A stretch of DNA of 64,000 bases from an uncultured Hormoscilla sp. (lineage in GTDB: Bacteria; Cyanobacteriota; Cyanobacteriia; Cyanobacteriales; Desertifilaceae). Position numbers and translations under genes: made by a program. The stretch covers positions 5,728,001 to 5,792,000 of the forward strand of contig OZ001293.3 in assembly GCA_963921275.4 (NCBI GenBank). Reading direction: 5' to 3'. The notes under the pieces are model-generated. The model was not told where the DNA came from. It was given only the letters and a program-made list of their open reading frames with translations, and searched no databases. Below, piece after piece: positions 59,513 through 64,000 of this stretch (positions are counted from its first letter, which is position 1; each line of letters starts with the position of its first letter).

Positions 59513-59764
59513 GGAGAGGAGGGTTTGGTGGTTGCTTGTGAGGTGGAACGAACTTACCTACGCAAGCTGAACACAGATGAGGTGGTATCAGCAGTTCGTC
59601 ATAGTATATGGATGGAGCATGAGTTGAAGGTTTACGGAGTATTGCTACTTAAGACTGCCAGGATTTCTAAAACTTCCAGCGGAAAAATTCAGCGTCGTGC
59701 TTGTCGCCAAGGCTAGCTAAAGAAGGAACTACATTTGGTGGGGGAGTAGACGACAAAAGAGTTA

Positions 59765-61400
59765 GTGGAACCAATAAATAAACACAGGCCATTAACAACC
59801 AAAGATACAGGCAGCCAATTCCGTGCCGATAACTTGCTTAAATGGTTGCGTGACTATGCCTCAGAACGCATTAACTCTCGCTTAATTGATGAAAGGCGTT
59901 GCATTCCACCCCATATTGTTCTCGATTTCGGAAACCGTGGGCTTTTAGGTTTGCAAGTGCCAAAGCAATATGGTGGGATAAGTTGAAATTATTATGATAC
60001 TTTTCAGGTATTTGAACAACTAGGAGCGATTGATTTAACCCTAGCTGCTTTTGTGGGTGTTCATCATATCCTGGGAACTCGTCCAATTATGAAGTATGCC
60101 AAGGATTCTGTCAGAGATGAACTTTTACCCTTGATTGCTCAGGGTCGTGAGTTAGCTGCTTTTGCTATTACAGAACCCGGCGCAGGCTCGAATCCAAGAG
60201 CTATTGCTACTACTGCACTTCCAGAAACTAGCGGGGGTTGGCGACTGAGAGGGCAAAAAATATGGATTGGTACAGGTTCATGGGCTAGCGTAACTAATGT
60301 TTTCGTTCAAATGTTGGATGCTAATCATCAGCCCATAGGGATTGGTGGCTTTGCTGTGCGTCAGGGTACAAAGGGTTTTCGCCAGGGTCATGAGGCAATG
60401 ACAATGGCTATGCGGGGCATGCTTCAAAATAGGATCTACTTTGACGATGTTCCAGTTAGTTCAGAGTATTTGCTAGGAGAAATAGGAAATGGTTTAGAAG
60501 TTGCCCAGGATGCGATGATGTATGGTCGCTTGGGATTAGGGGTAATCAGTCTGGGGGGAATGAAACGCTGTGCTCAGTTGATGCTGCGTTATAGTGAGCG
60601 TCGTAATGTTTCCACTGGTCGCTTACTGGATAACCCAGTTACTTTAGTTCGTTTAAGGGATCTGACCGCAGCGATTACAGCTTTGGAAACTTTGGTGTTT
60701 ACTATTGCTCAATTGCTAGATCGGGGAGTTCGGTCCCCGAAGAAGTTTACACTGCTTGTAAGATATCTGGTCCTGAGTTTCTCTGGCAAGCAGCATACCA
60801 TTTGGTTCAGGTACTGGGAGGTCGTGGTTATATTGAGACTAATATGGCTCCTCAAATTCTACGGGATGCTAGACTGCTGCGTATTTTTGAAGGTCCGACT
60901 GAAACGCTCAATATGTTCTTGGGTTCTCGTGTAATTCAGACAGGAGAGGATCTTTACCAATTCTTATCTGAGACATTAGAAGTTCCAGCAGTGGCTGAAG
61001 GTCTGAAAAATGCTACGGAAGAAATTAGGGATCGCTTGAGGAATTAGAGCCGATTTGCTGAAAATAATACCGCTGTACGATGGGCTTATGTTTGTACAGG
61101 TGAACTAGCAACTTGGGCTATAATATTGGCAGCGGTGAAAGGAAATTTGAAACATTTAGGTGATGAGTCTTTGCAGATGGCTGCCACTTGGGCTGAATTA
61201 CAGTTTGAACAAAAACTTCAGCTTGTGTTGATGGGAACACCAGGAGAAATGGTGGGATATGATGCTGAAGATATGGCTGCTCGAATAGGTAACTATGCCG
61301 GAGAAATTGGCGATTTAGAACAAACTCTCCCTTCCCTGGGGAAGACCATGAACTGGATGAATTTCTGCGTCAAACATCTACAGTAAAATCCAAGAAAAAT
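59765..61400 (+). pseudogene. Acyl-CoA dehydrogenase domain, disrupted
   Basis: AFAITEPGAGSN, G.KIWI, QVLGGRGY and RIFEGPTE motifs; stops and frameshifts. Confidence 0.85.
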
Positions 61401-61589
61401 TCCGATGTAGAGTTGAATCACCAGGAGCCAACAGATGTTGTTAGGCAGCAGCAATCAAGTTATTATGTCAATAAATATATAGAGTTTCTCATAGTCATGA
61501 GGTACAGTAACAGCAGTGAGCAAACCAATTGTGAATGTCTTGCTGACTTACCTGTAGAATAGCATCTGCAATTGCCTCGATTAAATCTT

Positions 61590-63967
61590 TATAGTAGAAT
61601 AAAGTCAGATGAAATTGAAAATTGGATAGAAAAATGGTTAGCAAAACAACCAGGAATTGATGCTGCCGCTATTGCCAGTCAAACATCTTGGGCTGATTAT
61701 GGTATGGATTCTGTTACTGAAATTCCTGGGGGGCGATGGGATGTAAAACATTACTATGACCCAGATCCAGATGTTTCGGGCAAAATGTATACTCAATCCG
61801 GAGGGTTTCTGGAGGAGGTGGATCGGTTCGATGCACAATTGTTTAGGATTTCTCCCGAAGAAGCCGTTGCTATGGATCCTCAGCAAAGGTTATTATTAGA
61901 GGTGAGTTGGGCAGCATTGGAACATGCAGGGTTAGCATCGGATCGACTTCAAGGTAGCCAAACTGGAGTATTTATGGGATCTGCTTTGAGGATTATTCCC
62001 GCTTGAGTGTTAACTCTGGAGAGCCAAAAAAGATAGATGCCTACAGTAGCTTGGGACATGCTCGTAGTATTGCAGCAGGACGTATAGCATATATTTTTGG
62101 TTTCAATGGTCCCACTTTGTGTGTGGATACAAGTTGTTCTTCTTCCCTTTTATCAGTTCACCTGGCTTGTCATAGTTTGCGTTTGGGAGAGTGTAATTTA
62201 GCTTTAGCTGGTGGCGTGAACCTAATGCTTAGCCCGGAAACAACAATTAGTTTATGCAAACTCAAGGCTTTGGCTGCTGATGGTCGTTGCAAAACCTTTG
62301 ATGCTTCTGCCGATGGTTACGGTAGAGGAGAGGGTTGTGGAATTATCATACTCAAGCGTCTATCGGATGCAGTGGCTGATGGAGACAACATTTTTGCTCT
62401 AATTCGGGGTTCAGCGGTCAATCATGATGGTAAAAGCAATGGTCTAACCGCTCCAAATGGTTTAGCTCAGGAGGCTGTAATAGAACAAGCTTTGAAGAAT
62501 GCCCGGGTAGAGCCTAAGGAAATTCAATACGTAGAAGCTCATGGAACTGGTACATCTCTGGGAGATCCCATTGAAGTTTTAGCCCTAGGGAAAGTGTTGG
62601 GTCAAAACCGGGCAGAAGATCGGCCTCTGAAAATTGGTTCAGTAAAAACTAATTTTGGCCATCTTGAAGGTGCTGCGGGGGTGGCAGGTCTGATGAAGGT
62701 GGTTCTTGGGTTGCAGCATCAACAGATTCCTCCCCATCGACTTTTGAAAGAGCCAAACCCTCATATTCCCTGGCAGAAATTGCCGATTACAGTGCCAACG
62801 GAATTAACTCCTTGGGAATCAGAGCAAAAAGGACGTTTGGCAGGGGTAAGTTCTTTTGGCATGAGTGGGACGAACGTTCATATGATCTTAGAAGAAGCCC
62901 CTTTCTCAGTTATCAGTCAAAAGTCAACAGTCAACAGCAACCGGGTAATCGAGCGATCGCACCAAATCATCACTCTATCTGCCAAGGGTGAAAAAGCGCT
63001 GCAAGAACTAGCACAAAGGTATGAAGAATTTTTAGGGAATAATACCCCAGATGAGATCGCAGATATATGTTTTACAGCCAATACAGGGCGATCGCACTTT
63101 AATCATCGTCTCGCTATTATCGCCTCTGACCGACAATAATTAGCTGATAAGTTAGCAAAAATCAGTGCGGGAGAAGAAACTTTAGGTGTATTTTCGGGAA
63201 AACTCTCTGGTAATAGTAAATCACCTAAAATTGCCTTCTTGTTTACCGAGCAAGGTTCTCAGTATGTCAACATGGGAAGACAACTCTATGAAACCAAACC
63301 TGTCTTCCGTCGAGCCTTAGACCAGTACGAGTAAATTCTACAATCTTATTTAGAGATATCTCTTTTCGATGTTATTTATCCTGCCAATACTGAAGGATTA
63401 AATAGTTATGTGATTGACCAAACTGCTTATAGTCAACCAGCTCTATTTGCCATTGAATATGCTCTAGTCCAATTATGGCAATCCTGGGGAATTAAACCGG
63501 ATGTGGTGATGGGACATAGTGTGGGAGAATATGTGGCAGCAACAATAGCAGGAGTATTTAGCCTGGAAGATGGTTTGAAGTTAATTGCCTCTAGAGGAAG
63601 TTTAATGCAAGCCCTACCCCCTGGGGGTGAGATGGTGGCGGTGTGGGCATCGGAGATCCAAGTACGAGAGGCGATTGAACCATTAGCAGAGGAAATAGGG
63701 ATCGCAGCCATTAACGGTCCGCAAAGTATTGTGATTTCTAGTAAATCTCAGGCAGTCCAAGCTGTCATCGCCACCCTGCCATCTCAAGGGATAAAGGCCA
63801 AAAAGCTGAAGGTTTCTCACCCCTTCCACTCCCCCCTGATGAAGCCAATGCTGGCAGATTTTGAGCAGGTTGCTAAAGAGGTGACCTACTCCGCACCAGA
63901 GATAGACTTAATTTCTAATCTTACCGGAGAGTTAGCCACACCAGAGATAGCAACTGCTGAATACTAG
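61590..63967 (+). pseudogene. Type I PKS ACP remnant-KS-AT, disrupted
   Basis: YGMDS, MDPQQRLLLE, DTSCSSSL, HGTGT, GHSVGE and SHPFHS motifs; several in-frame stops. Confidence 0.9.
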
Positions 63968-64000
63968 ACCTCTTGCAAAAGTCTCAGGGAGGGGGATTAT
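63966..64000. mobile_element. Possible IS/MITE end truncating the AT domain
   Basis: AT homology (expected YW..H) stops abruptly at TA-GACCTCTTGCAAAAGTC; the other end is outside the window. Confidence 0.4.

Larger units (their letters stand above)
55283..59716 (+). pseudogene. Fatty acyl-AMP ligase loading domain, broken by two ISs and frameshifts
   Basis: AFLQYT.GSTGTPKG, PCYGMAEATL, RTGDLGF and KTSSGKIQR motifs. Confidence 0.9.

Overview
Chromosomal window from a cyanobacterium (frequent HIP1 GCGATCGC, TTTTCCACA DnaA boxes, cyanobacterial-type rRNA operon and 6S RNA) with heavy mobile-DNA load and genome erosion. It spans dnaA-oriC-dnaN-tpiA-folP, a ~3,000-aa Gly-rich/LRR/Ig/cadherin/RTX-tail adhesin split by an IS5 element, gloB-rplI-dnaB (intein), an FKBP, a loose men cluster (menI/E/C/A/F/D), glyQ, a 16S-tRNAIle-tRNAAla-23S-5S operon and a decayed FAAL-ACAD-ACP-KS-AT PKS locus. 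Most notable: (1) an IS110 left end at ~47340-47674 with an IS621-like bridge-RNA architecture, whose inferred target AGCCCGC-CT-GCGCG is the host REP that also sits inside menE, menD and menC; (2) dnaA interrupted by an ORF-less group II intron that itself contains an antisense ORF-less group II intron; (3) several short palindromic repeat families inserted in-frame into housekeeping genes; (4) an LRR array with a fixed scaffold and combinatorially varied binding-face codons. Some single-base frameshifts may be sequencing errors, but in-frame stops and IS insertions show real decay. All calls are by eye; no searches were run.
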